A DNA stretch of 64,000 nt from Halieaceae bacterium (GTDB lineage Bacteria; Pseudomonadota; Gammaproteobacteria; Pseudomonadales; Halieaceae), in the NCBI GenBank assembly GCA_902623175.1, contig CACNSR010000015.1, positions 2,889 to 66,888 on the forward strand, written 5' to 3'. Under the pieces are notes generated by a model. It was not told where the DNA came from. It worked only from the letters and a program-made list of their open reading frames with translations, and ran no database searches. This document shows positions 1 to 9,876 of this stretch, in pieces. Position 1 is the stretch's first letter; every line of letters starts with the position of its first letter. The position numbers and the translations under genes are program-made.

Positions 1-121
1 CAAACAGGGCGCCAGCCTTCACCTTGCGACTGTCTATTGCCAGGGTTTGGAGCGCGACGGATTCACCTACCAGCTGCCCGCCGGTCTCGTCGGCCAGGAC
101 CTCTAGTGCAATGGCAGACAT
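1..121 (-). CDS. murF: UDP-N-acetylmuramoyl-tripeptide--D-Ala-D-Ala ligase, 5' part (runs off window)
   Basis: ATG at 121 overlaps the murE stop; manual translation MSAIALEVLADETGGQLVG...IDSRKVKAGALF matches a Mur ligase N-terminus; follows murE. Confidence 0.85.
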   Translation of the reverse strand, partial: MSAIALEVLADETGGQLVGESVALQTLAIDSRKVKAGALF

Positions 122-1563
122 CAGGCTGCCCGCCTTTGCTGCAGGTGCTGGGCGGCGTGCTCGGCATCATTAAACGGCAAGCGCACACCAGCAATTTCCT
201 GATAGGTCTCATGCCCTTTGCCAGCAATCAGCACGGTGTCACCCGCCCTGGCCTCAGCAATCACCAGCGCGATGGCGGCAGCACGGTCTGCCTCCACAAT
301 CGGTGAGTCATCGCAGCCACGTAAAATATCAGCAATGATGGCTTCGGGAGCTTCGGAGCGCGGATTGTCACTAGTCAAGATCACGCGATCTGCAAACTGA
401 CAGGCAATGGCACCCATCTCCGCGCGCTTACCAGGGTCGCGATCACCGCCACAGCCGAACAACACCCAGAGTGCGCCAGCCTTATCGTTTTCTTTTAATG
501 CAAAAATGGCGCGTTCAAGCGCGTCTGGGGTGTGGGCATAGTCCACGATCACCCGGATGTCAGCCCCCTCACCTACCGCTTGCAGTCGCCCCAGCACCGG
601 CTCCAGCGCCTCAGCCGCCGCCAGCGCCTCGGCAAAGTCGACGCCCAGCGACAGCACAGCGGCCAGGGACGCGCCGACATTGAAAGCATTAAATCGACCA
701 CTCAGCGCCGTTTGCAGACGACCGTCGCCCCAGGGCGTCTCCAGTTTGAGCACCTGCGGTATGGCCTGTACGACCTCTATCCTGATTTCAGTTTTGGCGC
801 CGCCGGTCGACACGCCAAGGCCGCCCGACCACCAGATATCAGAGTGGGTAACTACCGCTTCATCATCTGCGTTGTAGATGCGACTGGCAGGCTCGAACTC
901 CCGGAATAGTTTAAGCTTTGCCTCACAGTACGCGTCCATCGAATGGTGATAATCGAGATGGTCCCGGGACAAATTGGTAAACACCCCCACATCAACCGCC
1001 AAGCCATCCAGTCGCCCCTGGTCCAGCGCGTGACTGGAGGCCTCAAGCGTAACGCACTCGACCCCACCATCACGCCACTGCCGCAGCTGACGTTGAAGTG
1101 CGAGGCAGTCAGGCGTGGTGTTGCGTGTCTCGGTGCGTTCTTGATCGAGCCGCATACCTAGCGTGCCGATTGTTCCAGTCTTGCGCCCCATGCGTCGCAA
1201 CAGCTGAGCCGTTAAATCAACAACCGATGTCTTGCCATTGGTTCCTGTGACCGCGACCACTTTGAGATTACGGGAGGGCGACCCATAGAGACGATTTGCC
1301 AGTGCGCCCAGTTCACCCTTAAGACCAGAAATAGGGATCACTCTCGCATCGTTTTGATGCGACTCTCGACCGGATTCCGTAAGCACCGCTACAGCGCCAG
1401 CCGCCAACGCGGGCTCGATGAAATCTCGACCATCGTGCTCAGCGCCTGGTAGCGCGACAAACACATCGCCCGGCGCCAGTGCCCGGGTGTCGAGGGTCAG
1501 GTTGTGCACCTGCACATCGGGTGCAGTAGACTCGTTGATGAGCGTGCGCAGATTCATGCTCAC
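121..1563 (-). CDS. murE: UDP-MurNAc-L-Ala-D-Glu--meso-DAP ligase
   Basis: TGTNGKTS P-loop, NLSRDHLDYH, DYAHTPDAL, DNPR (DAP specificity), AGKGHE motifs. Confidence 0.97.
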   Translation of the reverse strand: MSMNLRTLINESTAPDVQVHNLTLDTRALAPGDVFVALPGAEHDGRDFIEPALAAGAVAVLTESGRESHQNDARVIPISGLKGELGALANRLYGSPSRNLKVVAVTGTNGKTSVVDLTAQLLRRMGRKTGTIGTLGMRLDQERTETRNTTPDCLALQRQLRQWRDGGVECVTLEASSHALDQGRLDGLAVDVGVFTNLSRDHLDYHHSMDAYCEAKLKLFREFEPASRIYNADDEAVVTHSDIWWSGGLGVSTGGAKTEIRIEVVQAIPQVLKLETPWGDGRLQTALSGRFNAFNVGASLAAVLSLGVDFAEALAAAEALEPVLGRLQAVGEGADIRVIVDYAHTPDALERAIFALKENDKAGALWVLFGCGGDRDPGKRAEMGAIACQFADRVILTSDNPRSEAPEAIIADILRGCDDSPIVEADRAAAIALVIAEARAGDTVLIAGKGHETYQEIAGVRLPFNDAEHAAQHLQQRRAA

Positions 1564-3287
1564 TGCCCACCCCCAGAGGCAGCTACTAAGGCCCCCGGCT
1601 CTGATTGGTCGGGCTGGGCATTGCGAATGCGCAGCACCTCCTCGGTAATGCGCGAGTAGACGGGTGCCGCAGCCATTCCGCCACCATAGTGATCGCCACG
1701 AGGCTGGTCGATGAGAATCGCCGTGACGTAGCGTGGCGCGCTCATGGGTGCGATACCAACGAATAGGGCGACATACTGGTCATCAAGATAGCCCCCAGCG
1801 CCCACCTTGTGCACCGTGCCTGTTTTACCGCCCACAGAAAACCCGGGCACCTGCGCCAATGTCGCCGTGCCGCCGGGTTCTGTAACGCGATCGAGTACCT
1901 CGAGGACCTCTCGCGCAACCTCCGGGTCAATGACCTGCTGGCCCTCGGGTAACGCGTCGGGATCTTGACGCAGCAGCGTGATCGGCCGTCTCATACCACT
2001 GTTTGCCAAGATGGCATACGCGCGTGCGAGCTGAATCGGTGTCGCGGTCAGACCATAACCGAAGGCTAGCGTGACTTTTTCAATGTCGCTCCAGCGAGCC
2101 AAGTCCGGCAATTGGCCGGCGCGCTCACCTGGAAAGCCTGTGCCGGTCGACTCGCCCAGACCGAAGCGATACAGAACATCCAAAATGGCCTCGTGCCCAA
2201 CTGCCTGCGCAATTTTGGTGACACCTACTTGACTGGATTTTTCGATCACCGTTGATACCGATATCTCGCCATAATCCCGCGGATCGTGAAGCATCTTAGC
2301 GCCCACCCGGATTCGTCCCGGCGCCGTATCAATGATGCTGTCGATATGAAACTGGCCGCTCTCGAGGGCCGCCACCAGCGTCAAGGTTTTAATAGTGGAG
2401 CCTGGTTCGAAGGCATCCGTCATCGCACGATTGCGCGCGCCACTGAAGTCCAACTCCCTACGGCTGTTGGGATTGAAGACGGGATAGTTGCTGACGGCGA
2501 GCACCTCTCCTGTCCAGGCATCGAGCGTAATCGCCGAACCTGCTGTCGCGCCTGTTTCCTTCATGGCGCGCTTAAGCTCGCGGTGTTGGGCATACTGCAG
2601 ACGCAAATCGAGGCTCAGGGCAAGCGCTTGGCCCGGGCGAGGCTCCTCTATCACCCCAAAATCACGAACCGCATCCCCGTGCAAGTCTTTGATGAATCGT
2701 TTTTTGCCTGGGACCCCCTGCAGCCAGTCTTCAAATGCCAGCTCGACGCCAGCAATACCATGACCGTCTACATTGGTCAGCCCTAGCAACTGCGCGGTGA
2801 CCTCTCCTGCTGGGTAGTAACGTCGGTACTCGCGCTCTCCGCGCACACCCGGAAAGTTCTCTCGCAATACTTGCCGGGCAAAATCCGGTGTTTGATGCCG
2901 CGCGAGATACATGAACTGCTTGTCGCCATAAAATCGTAGCTTGTCGCGGAGCGCTGCCACATCTAGGGAAAGCCGCGCCGCCAGATCGTCAAGGCGCGGG
3001 CTGTCTTGCAGTTGCTGCGGGTTGGCCCACAAGGAAACCACTGGGGAACTGACCGCCAACGGTGTGCCATTGCGATCTTCGATCAAACCTCGATAAACCG
3101 GTATCTCCGCGGTGCGGACAGTGCGCAGCGCGCCCTGCTCTCGCAGAAAGACCGCGCCCCGCCCCCCTTCGGTGACCTGAAGAATAACCAGCCGCCCCAT
3201 CAATGTAGCCGCCAATGCAGCTAGGGCAAGACAAATCACCACGAAGCGCCAACGCGGCAATGGGTATGCTTGCTTGGCGCGCGTCAT
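1560..3287 (-). CDS. ftsI: Septal peptidoglycan transpeptidase PBP3
   Basis: N-terminal TM, RG.I.DRNG, EPGSTIK (SxxK), KTGT motifs; dcw position. Confidence 0.96.
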   Translation of the reverse strand: MTRAKQAYPLPRWRFVVICLALAALAATLMGRLVILQVTEGGRGAVFLREQGALRTVRTAEIPVYRGLIEDRNGTPLAVSSPVVSLWANPQQLQDSPRLDDLAARLSLDVAALRDKLRFYGDKQFMYLARHQTPDFARQVLRENFPGVRGEREYRRYYPAGEVTAQLLGLTNVDGHGIAGVELAFEDWLQGVPGKKRFIKDLHGDAVRDFGVIEEPRPGQALALSLDLRLQYAQHRELKRAMKETGATAGSAITLDAWTGEVLAVSNYPVFNPNSRRELDFSGARNRAMTDAFEPGSTIKTLTLVAALESGQFHIDSIIDTAPGRIRVGAKMLHDPRDYGEISVSTVIEKSSQVGVTKIAQAVGHEAILDVLYRFGLGESTGTGFPGERAGQLPDLARWSDIEKVTLAFGYGLTATPIQLARAYAILANSGMRRPITLLRQDPDALPEGQQVIDPEVAREVLEVLDRVTEPGGTATLAQVPGFSVGGKTGTVHKVGAGGYLDDQYVALFVGIAPMSAPRYVTAILIDQPRGDHYGGGMAAAPVYSRITEEVLRIRNAQPDQSEPGALVAASGGGQ

Positions 3288-3565
3288 TCTGCGATCACCT
3301 GCGACAGATCGAGATCAGGCGCCTGCATAGAGAGCACCTCGGACGCGATCTGACTAATGCGATGCGGTGCCGCCCAGGTATTCACCTCCAGCAACAACCG
3401 CGTGTACTGCTCCTGCAGTTCCCAGCGTCGCAGCTCAAGATCCTGCAGCCGGGCATAACCCTCACGAACATGATGAGTGCTCGACACCACGGCGAGCGCT
3501 GAGACAAGAAGCCCAGCGCTCAACAGCACTATGGTGGCCGCACGCGAGGGCGGCAACTGGCTCAT
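3284..3565 (-). CDS. ftsL: Cell division protein FtsL
   Basis: 93 aa, TM plus coiled coil, LLLE..TW...RI...A...L.M; between rsmH and ftsI. Confidence 0.93.
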   Translation of the reverse strand: MSQLPPSRAATIVLLSAGLLVSALAVVSSTHHVREGYARLQDLELRRWELQEQYTRLLLEVNTWAAPHRISQIASEVLSMQAPDLDLSQVIAE

Positions 3566-4479
3566 GGTAACCGCTCCGCGACGCGCATAATCGCTGACCG
3601 AGCCCGGGTATTGTAAGAGATCTCTTCCTCTGATGGCGTCACTGCCTTACCTACTTGGCGCAAAGATCCCCGATGCGATTCATACTGAACAGGCACGCCG
3701 GGAGGTAGCTGTTCGCCCCGCGCGGCCTGCCTGATAAATCGTTTGACGATACGGTCTTCCAGGGAATGGAAGCTAATCACTACCATCCTGCCACCCGGTG
3801 CCAATGCCAGCACAATGGCCTCCAGCACCTCGCGCAATGCATCCAGTTCGCCGTTGATGTGCAAACGAATCGCCTGAAAACTCCTGGTCGCCGGGTGCTT
3901 GTTTGGCTCCCACTTGGGGTTTGCCGCCGAGACGATTTCAGCCAGCTGGGCAGTGCGGTCAATGCGCGCGGTCGATCGGGCTTGCACGATGGCCGCGGCA
4001 ATACGGCGAGCAAACCGCTCTTCACCCAACTCACGGAGCACTTGCGCCAGCTCGGCCTCGTCGACCTCGGACAACCACTCTGCGGCTGACCGACCCGCCT
4101 CAGGATTCATCCGCATATCCAGAGGCCCATCATGACTGAAGCTAAAGCCCCGCTCAGGATCATCCAGCTGAGGTGATGACACTCCCAGATCCAGCAGCAC
4201 GCCCTGCACGCTGGCGGGCGCTATGTGATTTGCCAAGTCGCGAAAATTAGCCGCCTGAAACCGAAAGCGCGAATCCTGACCAGCCAGGCGCACGGCCACC
4301 GCGGACGCAGCGGGATCCTGATCAAAAGCGGCTAACGTCCCTAGAGGCGAGAGTGCATCGAGGATTCGGGTGCTGTGCCCGCCCCGGCCAAACGTGCCGT
4401 CCACGTATACGCCATCCGCCGATACCATCAGTGCCGCAATTGCCTCCTCAAGCAGAACCGGTCGATGTCCCCGGTCCAT
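3562..4479 (-). CDS. rsmH: 16S rRNA m4C1402 methyltransferase
   Basis: H.PVLL, DGTFGRGGH, LDLGVSSPQLD, SFHSLEDRIVK; start moved to ATG 4479, which overlaps the mraZ stop. Confidence 0.96.
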   Translation of the reverse strand: MDRGHRPVLLEEAIAALMVSADGVYVDGTFGRGGHSTRILDALSPLGTLAAFDQDPAASAVAVRLAGQDSRFRFQAANFRDLANHIAPASVQGVLLDLGVSSPQLDDPERGFSFSHDGPLDMRMNPEAGRSAAEWLSEVDEAELAQVLRELGEERFARRIAAAIVQARSTARIDRTAQLAEIVSAANPKWEPNKHPATRSFQAIRLHINGELDALREVLEAIVLALAPGGRMVVISFHSLEDRIVKRFIRQAARGEQLPPGVPVQYESHRGSLRQVGKAVTPSEEEISYNTRARSAIMRVAERLP

Positions 4480-4931
4480 CAAAGTTTGAGCTGCATCAGC
4501 TCCGCCGGGAGCTCCCCAGTTGCATCTGTCGACAAGGCAACAGCGCACTCCTGTTGCCACAAATCCTCCGACCACAGTTCAAGCTTGTTGCCCTGACCGA
4601 CCAGCACCGCGCGCTTTTCGAGCTGCGCATATTCACGCAGCGCCGGCGGCACGAGCACGCGTCCGCTACCGTCCAACTGCAGGTCACTGGCATAGCCCAG
4701 TACTAATCTCTGGAATCGTTTCACTGCGGGATTGAGTGCCGGCAATGCCTGCACATCGCGCTCGATTCGCTCCCACTCGGGCAGGGGATAAAGGGTGAGA
4801 CAAGGAGTCTGTGTATCAACGGTCAGCACAATGTGGCCGTCGCCCAGCACCGACAAGAGCTCCCGCTGACGCGAGGGCACCGCCATACGACCCTTGGCAT
4901 CCAGATTGATGTGCTGTACCCCACGAAACAT
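4479..4931 (-). CDS. mraZ: Division/cell wall cluster transcriptional repressor
   Basis: MFRG...LDAKGR and D..GR.L.P..LR repeats; first dcw gene. Confidence 0.97.
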   Translation of the reverse strand: MFRGVQHINLDAKGRMAVPSRQRELLSVLGDGHIVLTVDTQTPCLTLYPLPEWERIERDVQALPALNPAVKRFQRLVLGYASDLQLDGSGRVLVPPALREYAQLEKRAVLVGQGNKLELWSEDLWQQECAVALSTDATGELPAELMQLKL

Positions 4932-4941
4932 AGCGCCGCGC

Positions 4942-5005
4942 CCACAGACTTCCTCTTATCACCACAAAATGGGATTATTTCCCACTTTGCTCCACTTTTC
5001 ACCAC
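4942..5005 (-). promoter_or_regulatory. MraZ operator array (10-bp-phased GTGG boxes)
   Basis: CCAC on + at 4942, 4962, 4982, 4992, 5002 (plus CCTC at 4952), all in 10-bp register; matches known MraZ-type boxes. Confidence 0.8.
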
Positions 5006-5033
5006 TATACGCCGAGCAGCTGCAGAGGGTCAA
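5004..5033 (-). promoter_or_regulatory. sigma70 promoter of the dcw cluster
   Basis: TTGACC-N18-TATAGT on the minus strand, abutting the MraZ boxes. Confidence 0.7.
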
Positions 5034-5246
5034 CGACCTGAAAAGAAAAAACGTTCGTTTTCAGTGCCTTACACGGCCAGCCGAGATAAGAAATCGAGCC
5101 ATGCAGCCATCTGGAAACCTGTACCAAAACAGCTTTTTAACCAGAATTACAAGGTTTAGGCTTAAGAGTTATTCCAAAAAAAAATTTTCACGTTTTTTTT
5201 TGTAATAAAACGATCTAAAAATGCAGAAGATTGTTGCGTGAGATAA

Positions 5247-5272
5247 GGAGGGAAGCCCCCCTGACGGGGGGC
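5247..5272 (-). terminator. Hairpin directly downstream of rnpB, probable terminator
   Basis: GCCCCCC-gtca-GGGGGGC followed by pyrimidine-rich TTCCCTCCTT (weak U tract). Confidence 0.55.
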
Positions 5273-5275
5273 ATA

Positions 5276-5612
<337 letters not shown>

Positions 5613-5648
5613 TACCGAGACTACCGAGATCAGCAAGGCGCTGCAAGA

Positions 5649-6509
5649 CTACTTATTGTTACGACGGCCCAATAACCACTGATAAAGCTGCCTGGCCGGG
5701 AGGCCTGTGATATCGGCTACCACCGCCGCCGCCCGGCGAGGTGGTAACTCATCAGCCAAACGCGCCAGCAGACGGGCTGTTACCGGGGTCAGTGTCACCA
5801 TGGCAGGATCAAAGCCACGCACCAGAATGACCACCTCGCCGCGCTGCTGATTCGCGTCGGACAGCACAAATTCGTATAGCTCCGACAAGACCGCTCGATA
5901 AATCGTCTCGTGAGCTTTTGTCAGTTCACGGCAGAGCGTGGCCTCACGATCCCCCAGTACCTGATGCATGGCCTCCAGCGAAGCAGCAAGGCGGCGCGGC
6001 GATTCGAAAAATATGAGAGTCCCCTCGATGGCCGTGAGCGCCTTTAGTCGATTCGCTCTCTGACCGGGCTTCGTGGGCAGGAATCCCTCAAAATAAAAAT
6101 GATCTGTCGGCAAGCCCGCGGCACTCAATGCCGTGATCGTCGCGCTCGGACCGGGAATCGGCACGACGGGTATCCGTTCTCGGTGACAGGCCACGACCAG
6201 CTTGTAACCCGGATCCGAGATCAGTGGCGTGCCCGCATCAGAAATCAACGCAATGGTCTCGCCGGCGCGTAATCGCTTCAGAATGCCGTCTAAATCTGAA
6301 GTCTTGCTGTGATCGTGATAACTGACAAGGGGAGTCCGAATATCAAAATGACGCAGCAACCTCGCGGAATTACGGGTATCTTCCGCGGCGATCAGATCAA
6401 CCCTGCGCAGGGCATCGATGGCCCGCATGGACATGTCGTCCAGATGACCAATCGGGGTGGCGACAATATAAAGACTCGCTGGCAAGGGGCTCTCTCCACC
6501 TCGGATCAT
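5649..6509 (-). CDS. rsmI: 16S rRNA Cm1402 methyltransferase
   Basis: LYIVATPIG, AAEDTR, SDAGTPLISDPG, RELTK.HE; start set at ATG 6509. Confidence 0.95.
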   Translation of the reverse strand: MIRGGESPLPASLYIVATPIGHLDDMSMRAIDALRRVDLIAAEDTRNSARLLRHFDIRTPLVSYHDHSKTSDLDGILKRLRAGETIALISDAGTPLISDPGYKLVVACHRERIPVVPIPGPSATITALSAAGLPTDHFYFEGFLPTKPGQRANRLKALTAIEGTLIFFESPRRLAASLEAMHQVLGDREATLCRELTKAHETIYRAVLSELYEFVLSDANQQRGEVVILVRGFDPAMVTLTPVTARLLARLADELPPRRAAAVVADITGLPARQLYQWLLGRRNNK

Positions 6510-6535
6510 CTTATAAAACTTAGGGCTATACTGCC

Positions 6536-8311
6536 GTGATGACGCCGATTGGTCACTCTCGAAAACCGCCGCGACGGATCTTCCCGCTTCTCTCTCGTAG
6601 CCTGCATTGGTTATTGGTGCTGGCAGCATACCAGTTGCTCTTCGCCTGCGCCGGGCCCTCGGTTGAACCCGATCGAGAGGTACCGGTACTGATGGCCGAT
6701 GAGATACTGCTGCTCCCCGTCGAGGGAGAGCAGATCAACTTAACAGCAGTCGAGAGGGTCACCCACCTTGCCAAAACCGACTCGCTGTTGGCAGCGCGCT
6801 ACGAGCGCAACCAGTTACTACTGGCCGATCTCGACGCATCGACACTTTTGTTCATTGACAGCCTGCTGGCCTGGTTTTCGGGAAACACCACCCTTGCCGA
6901 TCAGCTACTCACCAAATTAGCGCGGGACAATACCGCTGCGCTAGACCTGGTGCTTCAGCAACGGGAGGCACGCCGGGCACTGGCAGGTGACTGGCTGGCA
7001 GCGGCAGAGACGCTCTTTCAAAGATCACACGCCCACTCGGGGAGCCTTCAAGACGAAGTGGTCAGCGACAGGCTTTTTGGCTACTTGCTCAGACTGGACA
7101 CAGCCACCCTTGCCGAAGCCCGCCGCGGAGCCCGCAATTCCAACTGGCGCCAATGGCTGGAGATGCAGGTCGTGTATCGCGAGGGTCCTGAAGCCCTTGC
7201 TACATGGATGACCCGACCGAACGCGCTACCACAACGGCCCGCCATGCCGCGGCACGTGAAGCGCTGGGTCACTGCAGAGTCTATCGACCACATCGCCCTC
7301 ATGCTGCCACTAGAGGGCAGGCTCGCAGGTGCAGGGGAAGCGATTTTAAGTGGCGCGATCGATCAACTCTATACCCTTTTTCCAGACCCCAGCAGCCGCC
7401 CGGCCCTCACCACGCTGAATTCCACCCAGTCAGTGGGTATCAGAGACCTGTACCGTCAAGCCGTGGCGGACGGCGCCGATCTGATCATCGGACCTTTGAT
7501 CAAAGAGGATGTCGCCTCGCTGGGGCAACTGGCTCAACGGACGGTGCCCATCATTGCCCTGAACCAAACCGACCCGCTGACCGGATCATTCAGTCGAAAC
7601 TGGATGAGCCTCAGCCTCGCGCCCGAGGACGAAGCGCGACAAATCGCCGACGTGGCTTTCGGGCAAGCCTGTCGCCATGCCATCGTGGTGGGGGTGAACA
7701 GTGATCGTGGCGCTCGACTGCTCTCGTCGTTCACCGATCGCTGGACCCAGCATGGTGGTCGCATCCGAGGACAGCTGGTTGTCGATAACCCTGCCGACAC
7801 CAATACAGAGATGGGTAAATTGCTCGGATCCGGCTCCAGCGACCAGCGCATTCGTGCTGTTGAACGCGCCTTCGATCTGCCCGTGGATGCGCGAGGACGT
7901 GGACGAAGCGATTTCGAATGTATTTTCATGCTGGCGCCCGATGCGGCGACCGCGCGGACCTGGCGTCCTCTCTTGGTATTTCATATGACAGGCGATATAC
8001 CCGTCTACGCGACCTCGGCCATCAATGATGGTGTATCCGATACCCGCAACCGCGACCTGAATGGCGTGGTGTTTGTGGAAACACCTACGATGTTCGCACC
8101 AGAGATGACAGACCGACTGAGTCGCCTTAGAGCACTTGGGCGTGACGCACTGACCTTGGCCCAACATTGGCAGCAAACCATCGAAACGACGCAGTGGGTC
8201 GTTCGAGGTCAAACCGGCTTGTTGCGCCGCACACAAGACGGATCAGTCGAGAGGGAATTGGAATTAGCCACATTTGATGGCGCTCGAATCCGCCGGGCAG
8301 CGCTACCCTAG
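6536..8311 (+). CDS. lpoA: Penicillin-binding protein activator (LpoA/LppC family lipoprotein)
   Basis: Lipobox LLFAC, IALMLPL.G, IIGPL.K, L.PEDEA, P.YATS, RL.ALG.DA; divergent from rsmI; start uncertain. Confidence 0.85.
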   Translation: MMTPIGHSRKPPRRIFPLLSRSLHWLLVLAAYQLLFACAGPSVEPDREVPVLMADEILLLPVEGEQINLTAVERVTHLAKTDSLLAARYERNQLLLADLDASTLLFIDSLLAWFSGNTTLADQLLTKLARDNTAALDLVLQQREARRALAGDWLAAAETLFQRSHAHSGSLQDEVVSDRLFGYLLRLDTATLAEARRGARNSNWRQWLEMQVVYREGPEALATWMTRPNALPQRPAMPRHVKRWVTAESIDHIALMLPLEGRLAGAGEAILSGAIDQLYTLFPDPSSRPALTTLNSTQSVGIRDLYRQAVADGADLIIGPLIKEDVASLGQLAQRTVPIIALNQTDPLTGSFSRNWMSLSLAPEDEARQIADVAFGQACRHAIVVGVNSDRGARLLSSFTDRWTQHGGRIRGQLVVDNPADTNTEMGKLLGSGSSDQRIRAVERAFDLPVDARGRGRSDFECIFMLAPDAATARTWRPLLVFHMTGDIPVYATSAINDGVSDTRNRDLNGVVFVETPTMFAPEMTDRLSRLRALGRDALTLAQHWQQTIETTQWVVRGQTGLLRRTQDGSVERELELATFDGARIRRAALP

Positions 8312-8331
8312 ACGGATACATTGCGCTAGGA

Positions 8332-8688
8332 GTGCAGGTAACGCATATCGGCTAGTTTTGGGAAAAGCAGGCAGAAAAATATTTAACACTGCATGGGCTT
8401 GAACTCGTGGCCCGCAACTTCAGCAGCCTATGTTACGAGATCGACCTCATCATGCGCGACGCCGAGCATAAAGCCTTTATCGAGGTCCGATACCGCCGTA
8501 GCGATCGTTTTGGCGGCGCCATCCACAGTTTGACCGAGACAAAGCAGCGCAGGCTACAGCACTGTGCCGCGCTACTCGTCAGCTGGCAAAAGGCGTGGTC
8601 ACACGACCCTTGCCGCTTTGATGGGATCGCTTATGATGCGACCAATGGTGGCGGGGAGCTCGTGTGGATTCGCGCTGCCTTGGACTAA
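8332..8688 (+). pseudogene. yraN: YraN (UPF0102) nuclease-fold protein with in-frame TAG at 8353-8355
   Basis: Frame reads VQVTHIG*FWEKQAEKYL..HGL.LVARNF....EIDLIM.....FIEVRYR...RFD; conserved locus position. Confidence 0.75.
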
Positions 8689-8715
8689 CCCAAAACCAGT
8701 GGCTGTGACTGTATC

Positions 8716-9267
8716 GTGGATTTTTACCCGCTCATCTCTGACTTCTTTCAGCGACACTTGGAGACGACCAGTCTGGCGATGGACGGCCTCGCTGAGGCTA
8801 CCGGCGCGGCTGTAAAGCAGGCTGCCGAGGCTATCCTCAATGAGCGCAAGCTGTTCAGCATCGGCTTGGGTGCGGACTGCGCCGGCGCCACCGCGCTGGT
8901 GAGCCTGTTGCACCGCGGCGTACTCAGGGAACGTCCAAGTCTGCCGGTTGTCGAACTGGCAGAGCACCACATCGAATCCGCGGAGACGGGCGTATACTGG
9001 GCGGGACAACAGATTCAGGCGCTGGGCCAGCAAGGCGACGTGGCATTTGTTTTTGCCGCCTCATTGGGCGAGCCAGAAATCCAGCGGTTGGCCATCGCGC
9101 TGGAGCAGCGGCAAGTCGGCGCGATCTGGGTAGGCAATCGGGGGCCGGGGCTGAGCATGACGGTCGTCGATGGGAACATTGAGACCCGACTGACCTTGAA
9201 CGGCGCATTAGCAATCTGTCTGGCGCGACTGATCGACACGCATACATTTGGACCATTGGGAGACTAA
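8716..9267 (+). CDS. Divergent SIS-fold GmhA/DiaA-like protein
   Basis: RERPSLP, Q.QALGQ.GD and L..LID...FG retained at the yraN-diaA/gmhA-yraP position; sugar-phosphate motifs altered. Confidence 0.75.
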   Translation: MDFYPLISDFFQRHLETTSLAMDGLAEATGAAVKQAAEAILNERKLFSIGLGADCAGATALVSLLHRGVLRERPSLPVVELAEHHIESAETGVYWAGQQIQALGQQGDVAFVFAASLGEPEIQRLAIALEQRQVGAIWVGNRGPGLSMTVVDGNIETRLTLNGALAICLARLIDTHTFGPLGD

Positions 9268-9270
9268 ACC

Positions 9271-9876
9271 GTGATCGGGATACGACAACTACTTGTAAGC
9301 CTCTCGCTGCTCTTAAGCCTCTGTTTAATGGGGCTGTTAAGCGGCTGCGGGTCGATCATGTCGAGTGCCGGGGCGGGGCCTATCGAGGAAGATCCCGGTG
9401 CACGGACCTTTGGACAGCAGATGACCGACGAGAGCATCGAAACCAAAGCCAAGGTCAACATCAATGCCGCAGACGAGGGCTACTACGACGCGCATCTTAG
9501 CATCGTGTCTTTCAACGGCTTCGTGTTGCTCGCTGGGCAGGTGCCCTCGGAAGCGCTCAAAGCGCTGGCAACCGACGTCGTGAAAAAAATTGAGGACGTC
9601 CGGCGAATCTACAATGAATTGGAAGTCGGGCCTGCAACCGGTGTCGGAACCCGCAGCCACGATACCTGGATCACAACCCAGGTGAAGTCAAAGCTGCTAG
9701 CGAGCTCTTCCACACCCGGCACCCGGGTCAAGGTCGTCACGGAAAACAGCGTTGTTTACCTGATGGGTCTCCTGACCGAGGAGGAAGCTGATCGCGTGTC
9801 GCTGGAAACAGCGGAGGTCGGGAGTGCGAAGCGGGTTGTACAGTTGTTTGAGTTGATTCCAGCGCCGGCTATTTAA
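9271..9876 (+). CDS. dolP: Dual-BON-domain lipoprotein (DolP/YraP)
   Basis: Lipobox LSGC, VLLAGQVP, D.WITT.VK, VVTEN.VVYLMG. Confidence 0.88.
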   Translation: MIGIRQLLVSLSLLLSLCLMGLLSGCGSIMSSAGAGPIEEDPGARTFGQQMTDESIETKAKVNINAADEGYYDAHLSIVSFNGFVLLAGQVPSEALKALATDVVKKIEDVRRIYNELEVGPATGVGTRSHDTWITTQVKSKLLASSSTPGTRVKVVTENSVVYLMGLLTEEEADRVSLETAEVGSAKRVVQLFELIPAPAI

